A stretch of DNA of 64,000 nucleotides from Eledone cirrhosa (Eukaryota). The first letter of the stretch is position 1; every line of letters begins with the position of its first letter. The notes beneath the pieces were generated by a model. It was not told the origin of the DNA. It was given only the letters and a program-made list of their open reading frames with translations, and made no database searches. The position numbers and the translations under genes were made by a program. Shown in pieces: positions 52,871-64,000 of the stretch. The DNA is taken from positions 34,224,001 to 34,288,000 of the forward strand of contig OZ024747.1 of assembly GCA_964016885.1 (NCBI GenBank), given 5' to 3'.

Positions 52871-53500
52871 TCTATACATATATATAAAACTGAAGTTGTC
52901 TGTGTGTGTGTGTGTGTCCTAATTTTGGAAAGTCTATACAAATCCACTCCGATTGACTTCAAACTTGCATATATATATTCCATGCGGTCTAAAGATATTA
53001 ACTGCAGCTTTAATTGTTCAATTGTCTGTCGTTAAAGGCTTTTTATTCACTAAAACTTTAAGCCCTTTTTGTCGGCAATGTTGTCTACAATGTTCAAGAG
53101 AGACAACTCTTTAGTATTTTGAAAGAGTTACCTCTCTTTATAGACTATATTATCCCTACTTAAACGTACATCCCTTGAAATTATTGATGGTTACCCCAAT
53201 AGTAACTCCGAAGCGTTCGGCATCCGATATAACATACCACAACAAATACATATTCTGTTTGTCGAATGCCTTTTTACTTAATCCTATCGTCTTTGCTTTC
53301 GTGGGACGAACATTTTATTCTCAGGCACCCAATTAAGCTAAACCCCTGGCAATCTACGACGAATTCCTTTTATAAGCATAAGATCTAGTCACCATCCCCA
53401 GGCCGAGGTATTTCGTACTTCTCTGTACTGTTTCAGAAAAGAGGGATAAACATGCCAATCTATGTTTAAAAGCCTGAGCAACGCCGGGCCATTCTGCTAG
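52871..53500 (+). mobile_element. Complete non-autonomous Helitron
   Basis: A|TC 5' end at 52871, 3' hairpin CCTGAGCAACGCCGGG, CTAG|T end at 53500. Confidence 0.85.
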
Positions 53501-53519
53501 TATATTATATAAAACCAAG

Positions 53520-55765
53520 TGACAGTATAGAAGCTCTTGTGCTGAAGCAAAGACTCCGTTGGAGTGGTCACCTTGCCAGGATGAAGGATTCTAGAATACC
53601 AAAACAACTCTTTTTATGGAGAGTTAGTTAAAGGAAAACGATTGACAGTGCTTCCCAGGTAAACAAACTGATCAACCACTCCAAGTCGTTTACCATAAAC
53701 ATAGATATTTGGCACACTGTACTGCTTACCAGGGGCAGGTTGGTACATGGCGATGGTTTTCTTGATACTGACAGTCAATCCTAGGACAGTGCAAGCATCA
53801 GAAAATGCATTCAAATTGTGCTACATATCACTCTGTGTGTGCTACAAGATCGTAATCATCTGCATAAAAGAGGTCTCTTATGATTGATGTAAATACTTTT
53901 GTTTTTGCAGCAACGTGCCTGATGTTAAATATGCGGGCTGAGGTTCGATATTGGATGTAAACACCATGCTCGCAATTCCTGAATGCAATATAGAAAACCA
54001 TTGCAAAGTATATGGCAAACATGGTCGGTGCTGGAATATCCCCCTGTTTCACTCCATTTTTTACTGAGATAGGCTCCGACATGTTACCTCCGACATTAAC
54101 CCAAGTCTTCATGTCGTCATGGAAATACCTAACCAAAGCAAGGAACTTATCAGGGCAACCAAGTTTCTGGAAAACATTCCACAATGCATTTCTGTTAACA
54201 GTATCGAAAGCTTTTGTCAGATCGACAAAAACCTGATACAGATCCAAACCTTCTTCCATGCACGTCTCCTGGAGCTGTCTAGATGAGAATATCATATCAG
54301 TAGTGCCGCGTCCAGCAGGAAAACCAGATTGACTTTCAGGAAGAACACAATCTGCCATGTGTGTCAGCATACGGTCCAGAAGAACCCTACATAACATTTT
54401 TCCTACGACAGAAAACAATGATATACCTCCGTAGTTTCAACAATCTTTCTTGTTACACTTTCCCTTGTACAAGACCACAATTACTGCATCCCTCCAGTCC
54501 TCAGGTACGGATTCACTAGCCCATATCCTACCAAACAAAGAGTGAAGATGTTGCAGGAATCTCTCACTACCATATTGTAAGAACTCTGCATGTATGTCAT
54601 CCATACCTGGAGACCATCCACTGTTCAGCTTCGAGATAGCTACTACAACCTCCACAATCGTCAGAGCTACTTTCACAGGACTTTCTGTAATGAAATAGAG
54701 GAAATCTTCATTGACGACAGACGGCTGATTCAAAACTTCATCAAAGTGCTCTCGCCACCTTCGTAGAATTCCTTGTGAGTCACGAAGAAGTTCTTTGCCA
54801 TCCTTGCTGCGAAGCGGAGTCACCAGAGAGGAAGACGGTCCATACCTCCACGCAAAAGACTGTACAACAGCTTTGTGTTATTGGAATCTGACGCAGTTTA
54901 TATCTCATCAGCCTTCTCACTCCACTATTTATCCTGCATCTGAGAAAGCCTCTGCCTCACACGTGATTTCACATCCTTGCGTTCCTTATGCAACATATTT
55001 TTCTCTTGTAGTTTTGCTGTCAAGTGGCGTGACAGAGCACGCCTCTTATCAGCCAACAAGTCATTTATATGCACATATTTCTCATTAAACAAGTCTTTAC
55101 GTTTTCTCTGCATCAATCCCAGAACAGGCCTGCCTACATCATAAACCAAGTTTATAAGGGACGGCCGATCCTCACCAAGATATGCAACATGCATCTCTTC
55201 TCGCAATGTCCTCCTCACATTTTTATCTCTAAGACGAGCAGCATTCAATCTCCTAGGCAGGGTAACACCAGGAGCCCGGATTTTACGTTTAGTGATTAGT
55301 TTCATTTTTGCGTGTACCAGGCGGTGGTCCATTCAGCACTCAGCTCCACGAAGAGCACGAACCCACTGCACATCCCGTCTGTCACGCATCCTGACAAAGA
55401 CGTAGTCCAAAAGATGCCATTCCTTAGATGCAGGATGCATCCATGTGGTCTTATATTTGTTCTCTTGCTGGAACATGATGTTGGTAATACACAGATCCAG
55501 GTCCTCACACAACTGCAGCAGGAGCATACCATTGTTGTTGTACTTTCTCACCCCATACCTGCTGATTACATTCCACTTGTTAAAATCCCTACCCACTCTA
55601 ACAGTAAATTCAACAAGCACGAAGGCCTTGTCTGCCTGAGGGATATTTCTTAAAACACCTGCATGGTAAAAAGACATGGTAAAAAAAACACCGGCATGGT
55701 AAAAATACACTTTTTCTTCGTCGACAGAATTCATAGTTGGAGCATACACACTTACCAGGGTCGCA
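53520..55765 (-). mobile_element. Decayed RTE (BovB-like) LINE ORF: AP endonuclease + RT, with an inverted terminal piece
   Basis: ATLVSVYAPTM...TWMHP..K.WHLLDYV...DHRLV (APE); LPESQSGF..GRGTTDMIF...FVDLTKAFDTV...GVKQG...DLFYADD...FVYLGS (RT). Plus strand 53520-53640 encodes downstream SIEALVLKQRLRWSGHLARM..RIPKQLFYGEL. Confidence 0.92.
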
Positions 55766-55931
55766 TATAACAGGGAATAATTTGTAAAGAGTGCAACCAC
55801 AAATAGCTACGGCATCTATATTCAAAGTTCGTGTTTAATTTTAATATGTTACCCCCATACCTCTCTGTGATTGCACTCTTTACAAATTATTCCCTGTAAT
55901 TGTTTGATGTGTTTGTTTTATATATATCATA

Positions 55932-55960
55932 CTAGCAGAATGGCCCGGCATTGCTCGGAA
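55932..55960 (-). mobile_element. Helitron 3' end remnant
   Basis: A|CTAGCAGAATGGCCCGGCATTGCTCGG, the reverse complement of the 53500 terminus. Confidence 0.65.
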
Positions 55961-56070
55961 TTTGCTCTAGGGTTCTTATATATTTGATATATATTTATCC
56001 TTATGGAGCCTCATGAAATAAATACGTTTGTTTATATCTTCTTATTGTGTATGCAAACATATCTGTACAC

Positions 56071-56127
<57 letters not shown>

Positions 56128-56240
56128 GAACATTAAAGTTTAAGCAAATAATCGCTGCTTTCACCCTTAAATGAATCTTCTGAAAATAAAAAAAATCAAT
56201 CTGTGAACGCAGAAGTAATTATTTCGAAAAACGTTACACA

Positions 56241-56292
<52 letters not shown>

Positions 56293-56567
56293 TTCAAGAG
56301 TAACCAATCTTAAAGGGAGAGATGGAGATAGGAGAGGAGAGATTGGTGAATTAGTTAGAAGCCAAAGCGTAAAGGCATATGCTCAATGTGCAATATGCAG
56401 TGGAAGGCAGCTAGGTGGCTGGGTTCATGCAGAGGTTAGGTTCACAGAGCTGGAAATATTCATTAGTTCAAGCAAAACAAGACCACAGATTGCACAAAGA
56501 ATAAGCTTTGCTAATGAAACTAGGCGCCGTAGTTGTTAATTATTTTCAACTGAACCAGATCAATAAT

Positions 56568-56751
56568 TGTTTCTACTTTAGGCACAAGACCAGCAATTAC
56601 CCAGTACATTACTGGTACTTTATTTTATCTACCCCGTAAGGATGAAAGGCAAAGTGAACCTCGGCAGAATTTGAACTCAGATCGTAAAGGGACGTAACTA
56701 TGCTGGAAAGCATGGCGTCCGACCCTCTACCAATACTGCCAATCCACCGCC
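56568..56751 (-). mobile_element. Complete tRNA-derived SINE with 18-bp TSD
   Basis: GGCGGTGGATTGGCAGTATTGG (A box) and GAGTTCAAATTC (B box). CTGAACCAGATCAATAAT at 56550-56567 and 56752-56769. Confidence 0.92.
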
Positions 56752-56842
56752 CTGAACCAGATCAATAATGATATATAATCATTTGATCCAGAAATATTAT
56801 ATGGAGTAGCGAAACAATTGTAATTGGTAATTATTATTATTA

Positions 56843-56978
56843 TTGACTTTGCCTTTCATCCTTACGGGGTCGATAAAATAAAGTACCAGTAATGCACTGA
56901 GTAATTGCTGGCCTTGTGCTTAAAGTAGAAACAATTATTATTATTGTAATTGCTGGCCTTGTGCCAAAAGTAGAAACA
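56843..56978 (+). mobile_element. 5'-truncated SINE with duplicated tail
   Basis: GACTTTGCCTTTCATCCTTACGGGGTCGATAAAATAAAGTACCAGT..., with the tail GTAATTGCTGGCCTTGTGC..AAAGTAGAAAC present twice. Confidence 0.85.
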
Positions 56979-57210
56979 ATTATTATATTGTAAACGGACA
57001 TTATTATTATTATTATTATTCTCTACATTCCTTACATCAAACTAAAATATGTTGACAATCTTTTAATAATGTCTCCCTTGTGCAATCTGTGGTCTTGTTT
57101 GGCTTAACTAATGAATATATATAGATATATATAGAGAGAGCAAAAAAGATGAAATCGAAAATGTAACTGGAGTCTTATTTAAAAAAAATATATATATAGT
57201 TATTTGGTTC

Positions 57211-57246
57211 CTTTACCGGTTTCGAAGTTCTTCTGCTTTTCAAAAG
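57211..57246 (-). ncRNA. Minimal hammerhead, U3-A8 variant
   Basis: CUU-UUGAAAA-GCAG[AAGAA]CUUC-GAAAC-CG-GUA-AAG. Confidence 0.62.
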
Positions 57247-57358
57247 TAGAGTTGAGATGGAGGGTCTGTGGTTTTTCTCACATCTCACATCACTTTGCTT
57301 AGATGTGAGAAAAATGCTTAGATGTGAGAAAAACCACAGACCCTCCATCTCAACACTA

Positions 57359-57394
57359 CTTTTGAAAAGAAGAAGAACTGCGAAACCGGTAAAG
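57359..57394 (+). ncRNA. Minimal hammerhead, U3-A8 variant
   Basis: CUU-UUGAAAA-GAAG[AAGAA]CUGC-GAAAC-CG-GUA-AAG. Confidence 0.62.
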
Positions 57395-57522
57395 GAACCA
57401 AATAAATATATATATTTTTTTAAAAACAAGACTCCAGTTGCATTTTCGATTTCATCTTCATTTCTTTATACTTTCACTCGTGTAGGACACCTCGGTTATT
57501 TTTCATTTTGTAAAAAAACCTC

Positions 57523-57578
<56 letters not shown>

Positions 57579-57586
57579 TATATATA

Positions 57587-58197
57587 GTGACTGCCATCTC
57601 GTTTTCGAGTACGTCCACTACTTTATATCCATGTAGCAGAACCCCTACCGATGCGCTGAACGTGTGTGACTTTTAAGTCCAGCCAGCGACTTGAAAACTC
57701 TGGTACAAACACTACACTTGTGACAATTATTGACACATAGTGCCGGGCCCATGGTACCATGTGACGACAAGTGCAGAGAGATCTCCAGATATAAAGCAAT
57801 GCCTGTGCCGTGACGCTTTTATAGTGAGCAAAGGCACTGTACAAAGCCAGTCCCACTCTCTTAACCAAGATGATATTTACCAAAAAGAAGAACAAGTCAA
57901 CATCATTGGATACCATCAGAGTTGCAGGTGTTATATCAGAGTTTTCCTTCTCCTAGAATTCTGCCTTGACAAAGGCTAAGGGTTCATCTCTACCGGTGAT
58001 TTTGGATGGCCATTGACTCTTAAGAGCTCCTTTGCCCTTTGACAGGTTTTGTTTTTAGTCCTGCAGGATGTCCAAAGTCACCCTCCTCACCAAGAAACCT
58101 TGGTGGGGTTGCCAGTTTAGTCACCAACGACCCAACCATGAGACAGGTTGTACTGGGATACATGTTACCAGTAGCACCAACTGGTGACCGTGACACT
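57587..58197 (-). mobile_element. Probable 5' UTR of a non-LTR (RTE-like) retroelement
   Basis: Higher GC. Minus strand carries CTAGGAGAAGGAAAACTCTGA and TAAACTGGCAACCCC, motifs recalled from RTE 5' regions. TA flanks. Confidence 0.4.
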
Positions 58198-59064
58198 ATT
58201 TATACATATACATACCCCCCCACACACACATATATATATACAAATAACGTCATAATGTCGTAATGCAGACAGCCACACATACAGACAGATAATATAAGGG
58301 CCCAATGTTATATCTATGTATCTATCTAAAAAGAAAGACTAAGAATTATAGAGAGAGATCGCTATATCGCCTAATGCGATCCCAAGGGCACTGAAAATTT
58401 GAAACTTTCTTTACTCGAAACATTAACAGGACAATAAGTATTACATGTGTAAAGTTTGAAAACAATCGGTTGGGTGGTTCTCGAGTTTTAAGGAGACAGA
58501 CAGACCTTCTCCTTTTTAGATATATAAATATATCATCCTACTTTTGATTTAATATAAATTCTCAGATTTACTACTTGCTATCTTTGAGCATATTCCACAG
58601 TTGTTATGGCACATGATTCTGATATTCTCAGACATGACATCTTGAATATAATTTTGGTACTACGGCTCCTAGTTTCATTAGCAAAGCTTATTATGTTGAA
58701 AGGAATCGGCTGTTATTTCTAACTGTCGATAAACCTATTCACGCTACTGGCGTAACAGCGGAGCGATTTGTGTTTTTTTAAACCACATGTACTTTTACAC
58801 CGCTATCCCCTGATTTGCTTCGAGTGTGTAATCATAAATGGTTTAAATATTCTCCTTTGCTGATGATCCAAGATTTGACATACCGATTAATGGTGAAAGA
58901 TATTTCTTCAATGGAATATATACAAAGGAGATTAATCGTTATTGCAAGCTATCTATATTCATAGTTCTTGTTAATTTTAATATGTTACCTCCGTAATTAT
59001 TTGTGGCTGCACTCTTTACAGATTATCCCCTGTAATTGTCTGACGTGTTTATTTTATTTATATA

Positions 59065-59715
59065 CTAGCAATAAAGCCCGGCGTTGCTCGGGGCTGCTCA
59101 GTAGCTGTGTTAAAGTTACAATGTTAAGTTCCTTTCTTGGCTTAAAAACTGTAGAGTCTACAGTGTAGATTTCATGTGGTACATTATCATGCGTTATTTA
59201 TCTGTCGTTTAAAACCATTGCTTCTAAATGAAAATCTTATAAGAGATCATTGCTTTTTTTACAAAATATTTGCCTGATTTACGGTGTATTCAAATAGGCT
59301 TGTTTTGAAGTAAAAATATTGTTTTAAAAAACTTTTTAATGGAGATAAAGTAAAATGGAAGCTTAATGTTGAAATTTCGAACTCATGAATTTTGCAGGTT
59401 ATAATGTTGCTGCCCCGAAAGTTGTTTTTGTATTTTTGTACTTTTGCACGCGTCGTTTATACCTAACATAAATAGATAAGCAAATGACGCCATAAAAGGG
59501 AAATAACTCGACTTCTCATCTGTATTTATACATTTGAACTGAAAAATCAATACATTACAAATTCGATTTTGCACTTGGCGTGGGTCGATTTGAAATTTCT
59601 TTTGACCAATGTCTCCGCCGGACCCTCATCTATAAGTGTATCAATTTCACCGAAATTTGAACGTACGGTTTAGTAGACAGACAGACAGACAACCTCAGTT
59701 TTATATATATATATA
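59065..59715 (-). mobile_element. Non-autonomous Helitron, second family
   Basis: A|CTAG followed by CCCGGCGTTGCTCGGG hairpin at 59065-59092. The far end AGACAGACAACCTCAGTTTTATATA resembles the 5' end of the 52871 element. Confidence 0.75.
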
Positions 59716-59741
59716 TATATACATATATCATCCTACTTTTG

Positions 59742-59815
<74 letters not shown>

Positions 59816-59816
59816 C

Positions 59817-61194
59817 GAATAAGGAGAAGCGAAGTAGTTTCAGATGTTAAAGTCCTTTAATAATAATAATGCTGTGATACATATTTCAATGGCCACAGTG
59901 GCCACACTGTTCCGTGCGCCAGTGCCGCGACATCGTCAGGCAGCTTGTTACATAATAAGGTTGTTTCCGAGGCAATCCAAATTGAATCAACATGGGAACG
60001 GACGAAGTGTGTGCTCTTGGGTTCTTCGTCCGTTCCCTTGTGAGTACCAATTCACCCCCACCGGTCTGCGCAGGTGCAGGTTCGAAGGAAGTTGACCATC
60101 AGCTACCGCAGAGTTCAGAAATCAAAAATTAAAAATTAAAAAAATATACAAGTGAGAATCTAGATTGAGGTGAGTAAAAAAATATGTGCACCTATACTAT
60201 CTAAAACGTAGGGAGATGTTTAAGTAAGAGGTTTTGAAATGGGCATCAATGTTACAGATATATAATCTACATACTGACCGATAGTACCGTACACGGAGGG
60301 TAAATTACAGTATGAAAGGTAGTAGATAGGCGGGTACCTAGTTTGTATTTCCATCATATGTAACAAATCCCCCCCCCCCCCCAAAAAAAAACATACATAT
60401 AACATACACGAGAAAACCACAAAAAATATCCAATAAATACAAAATAATACATACAGTACATATATGCAAAATGAGATAGGAGATACATGATTAATATGAT
60501 TGTCAATTTGTCCATATATAGATTCTCACTTGTACATTTTTTAAATATTTAATTTTTGATTTCTGATTTTAATTTTTAGTTTTAATTTCCAACTCTCATT
60601 CATAATTTCCACTGTGAAACCATAATACCTAGAATTAAGTATATTTTCTCTTAGAGGTTGATGGTCAATTATACTGGCCATGCTTAATGTGGGGTGGTAT
60701 TGAGACCGATTGATACTCACACTCTCCCACCCCACTAGATTTCGGCTGACTGACGGGGTGGCAAGCAGTAAGCTATATATTACAGGCCTGAATAGGTCAT
60801 TGTTTGGTTGAGAAGGGGAAATGCGTAGGCAAATTTCGTTGAATTCTGCGGTAGCTGATGGTCAACTTCCTTCGGACCTGCGCCTGCGCAGACCGGTGGG
60901 GGTGAATTGGGTGTCACAAGGGAACGGACAAAGAACCCAAAAGCACACACTTCGTCCGTTCCCATGTCGATTCAATTTGGATTGCCTCGGAAACATAACC
61001 TTATTATGTCGCGGCACTGGCGGACGGAACAGTGTGGCCACTGTCGCTATTGAAATATGTATCACAGCATTATTATTAAAGGACTTTAACATCTGAAACT
61101 ACTTTGTTTCTCCTTATTCAATATTTACTCCGTCACTCCTATGTTGAATAAGTACGTTGAGTGCTTGAATTGAATTGCATCAATGTTTACCTTA

Positions 61195-61195
<1 letters not shown>
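59817..61195. mobile_element. Fold-back PLE-like element with ~290-bp inverted arms and an inner inverted repeat
   Basis: 59817-60116 is the reverse complement of 60841-61119. 60117-60162 is inverted relative to 60519-60564. (TA)n on both sides. Decayed hammerhead-like motif at 59891-59944 (minus). Confidence 0.82.
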
Positions 61196-61263
<68 letters not shown>

Positions 61264-61270
61264 ATATATA

Positions 61271-61327
<57 letters not shown>

Positions 61328-64000
61328 ACAGAAATAGTGAGGGACACATATACACATAAAGAGGGGGAAGAAAGAAAGTGACTCAGATGTCCACCCAGCT
61401 GATAACAAATAAAATAAAAAAGTAGAAAAGTTTTATTGAGCTAGTTCAATAGATGGGTAGGCAGATTGAGTCGGGACTTTTTAGAGATAGTGTGAGAGTG
61501 GACCAGGCTGTACAACTGTGTAAGATATAGCAGTAAATTCTCCTGCAGCTGCATTCCCCTATTCCATTTTTTCGGAAAACAGATCGACCGTTAGATTAGA
61601 AACTTCCTTTTTATAACGACACACACACACAGGAGAATAAGAAGAAAGGAGAATAAGAAGAAAGCAAGAATGGGGGAGTTTTCATCATCAGTTGTCTACT
61701 GGGGGTCACGGATATTTCAACGCTTTAAAGACATATCTACTCCCAGAGCGTTCAATAACTGGGTAAGTTATGTACCTGTATTTATGTATCTCTATTTATA
61801 TGTATATATTTGTATATATCTATACATTAAAGCAGTCCAAAGTTTCAGTATCGCACTGGAGCATATTTAATAGATTTGTCCTTCCTCCAATTGATTGACC
61901 TTTTGCTTAAATTAGAAATCATTATTATTATTGTTGTTGTTGTTATTGCTGTGGTTGATGCTCTTGTTTTTGCTGTCGAGCTGGTGTAATTAACTGAAAT
62001 TATAGAGGAATAGAATAAATTCGTTTCTGTATCATATCTTTACTTCTCAGGATTTTCTGAGTAGAACAAAAGTTGATGCCACTTTGTAGTTTCATCTTTG
62101 CAAAATCAATGACCAAGGTAAATATGTTCTCCCAACCTTATACAGATAGCTGATGCTTTGATCAATATTTATAGAACGTCCCTAAATATTCAAGGCTATA
62201 GGTAGTAGGCTTAAGGGTATATCTTAGGTGAGCATTAAATACACTGAATATACATACGGTATGGTTACACATACGGACTGTAGTAAATTTAAAAACATCG
62301 ATTTTCTGAAACAATGCATGCCATGAGCGGAAAGAAAAACTCCCTCTAGTGTATTTAAATGTAAACACAACAAGTTCGGTGTATAACTGCATTAATATGT
62401 TACCGTCATTTTGTAAAATATGGACGATGTATATTGGCGATGATAATAAACTCTATCGTTATTAAAGCTTGTCGCCATGGTACAATCAAACTTATCGTAG
62501 CAAATATAGGAATAGGAACAAATTTTTTATTTACAGTAGTTATGAATAATAATGTCAGCAGACTTATTTCTCTCTCCCATAAGCCTGTAGTAACATTGTG
62601 AGAAGGATATGTATGCTTGCACAATCTGTCATATTTGCGCCGCGAAATTCATAAAAAAATTCATAGCCTGGACAGGCATTTCCGAATTAACTTAATTTCT
62701 CCCATAACCAGTTTATCTACGCCTAATGCAATCTTCTTGACATTGAATACAATTCCTGTGTTAAAAAAATTCTTTAAATCTGATTCTCTTATTTCTTTGT
62801 TCATTTATTATCTCTTTCCTTTCTGTATGATCTGTATGGTTCTTGTCATCGAAGTGTAAGTAGGTGTTTATATATTGTGTAATATGTTTAATATTTTGTA
62901 CTGTCCATTTGTTGTGTTTGGAGTAATCTTACATTTCATATTCACTAAGCTCCTCAAATACCTTATAAAATTCCATCTTCGCTTTACCCGTTAGTTATCT
63001 TCTCCGCCAAACCACATATTAATAAATTGAAACCATGTGGAATTAAAGTATTGACATTTCCTTCACAATAATATTGAACCATTTAAGGTATTACGTAGCT
63101 CTAATTTCAATGTTGATATCACATATGATATATAATTTCCATTGGACAGAATGCCAGTATATTTACTCGGTTCTACCATAGGAATTCGACATGCCTTAGT
63201 ACTGCATCTACATTATTAGGCGGCTAAATTATCATAATACATATTTTGTTCTAGCCCATAGTTTTCGGATTTCATGTGTTATTTTAACGGGGATATTGTA
63301 GACAGACACTTCATATCTGAACGGAATTTACAAATATGGCTTTTGCACATTTGAACAGTTCTAGATAATGAAACATTACACGATATTCTCCATTATAAAA
63401 TCCGATGAAGGAAAGATATCTCGTCTCAGGCGGACATTCCATTTTGAGAATATTCTCCAGGCTGAACATGCCGATCTATACAATGCCAAATTGGAGAGTT
63501 CGTAAATGTGAAACAATTTCCGGGACGAACTATACAGAATAATCTCACTTGATGACGATTATACAACTTAATGGGCTTCTCTCCTGTAAGACTTTCAATA
63601 TTTACCATCACGTGAGCTTATCTGGCCCAATGAAGTAAGCTTTTACAAGTAGTGTGTAGTCAGATGTCCACTAATGAAAGGTACAAAAACGATGTAAGAC
63701 GCCGTGTTTCAGTACCACAAAATAGTTTATATCTACATGCAAGTATGTCCTTCTACATTTATTCGTTTCTTTTTTTTCTTTTTTGTTTACCTATAGAGAG
63801 CACACCACACTTTTATTAGAATTCATACAATACATATGTATGAGTATCTCTGTGTTCGTGTGTGAACAGTTATGGATATTATTACTTGTGTGGATCAGTA
63901 TATTTTGAGTTAAATGTGTACATACACATATTTCCCTGTCTATACGTGTAAATATACAGCTGTTACATATTGTATGTATGTGCGTAATGTATGGATACCA

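Larger units (their letters stand above)
57146..57530. mobile_element. Fold-back element with ~140-bp inverted arms, each with a U3-A8 hammerhead
   Basis: 57146-57285 is the reverse complement of 57320-57458. TA-rich flanks. Confidence 0.85.

Noticed and set aside
62406-62859. Hydrophobic short ORFs
   Set aside because: No recognisable family motif; compatible with random AT-rich sequence.

Overview
AT-rich, microsatellite-dense animal genomic DNA. It is most consistent with an octopod cephalopod, judged from recalled resemblance of the tRNA-derived SINEs; no search was run. No host protein-coding exon can be supported, and nearly all ORF-track entries come from simple repeats or decayed transposons. 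The window is a patchwork of mobile DNA: two large decayed Penelope-like elements (PLEs; a Neptune-type at ~17.9-22.4 kb and a Naiad-type at ~34.8-37.9 kb) plus a third PLE GIY-YIG fragment, RTE LINE fragments (one with a twin-priming inversion and a 10-bp TSD), a CR1/Jockey-group fragment, SINEs and non-autonomous Helitrons. The main signal is a dozen or so apparently unrelated short non-coding elements, nearly all bordered by (TA)n tracts and built as long inverted or partial tandem repeats, each carrying a type I hammerhead-ribozyme motif. Cores include canonical CUGANGA/GAAA, a compensatory U3-A8 variant (UUGANAA), CCGAUGA, and GCAA in place of GAAA; most have a short palindromic stem III typical of dimer-cleaving PLE hammerheads. 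All ribozyme folds were derived by eye and none has been tested.
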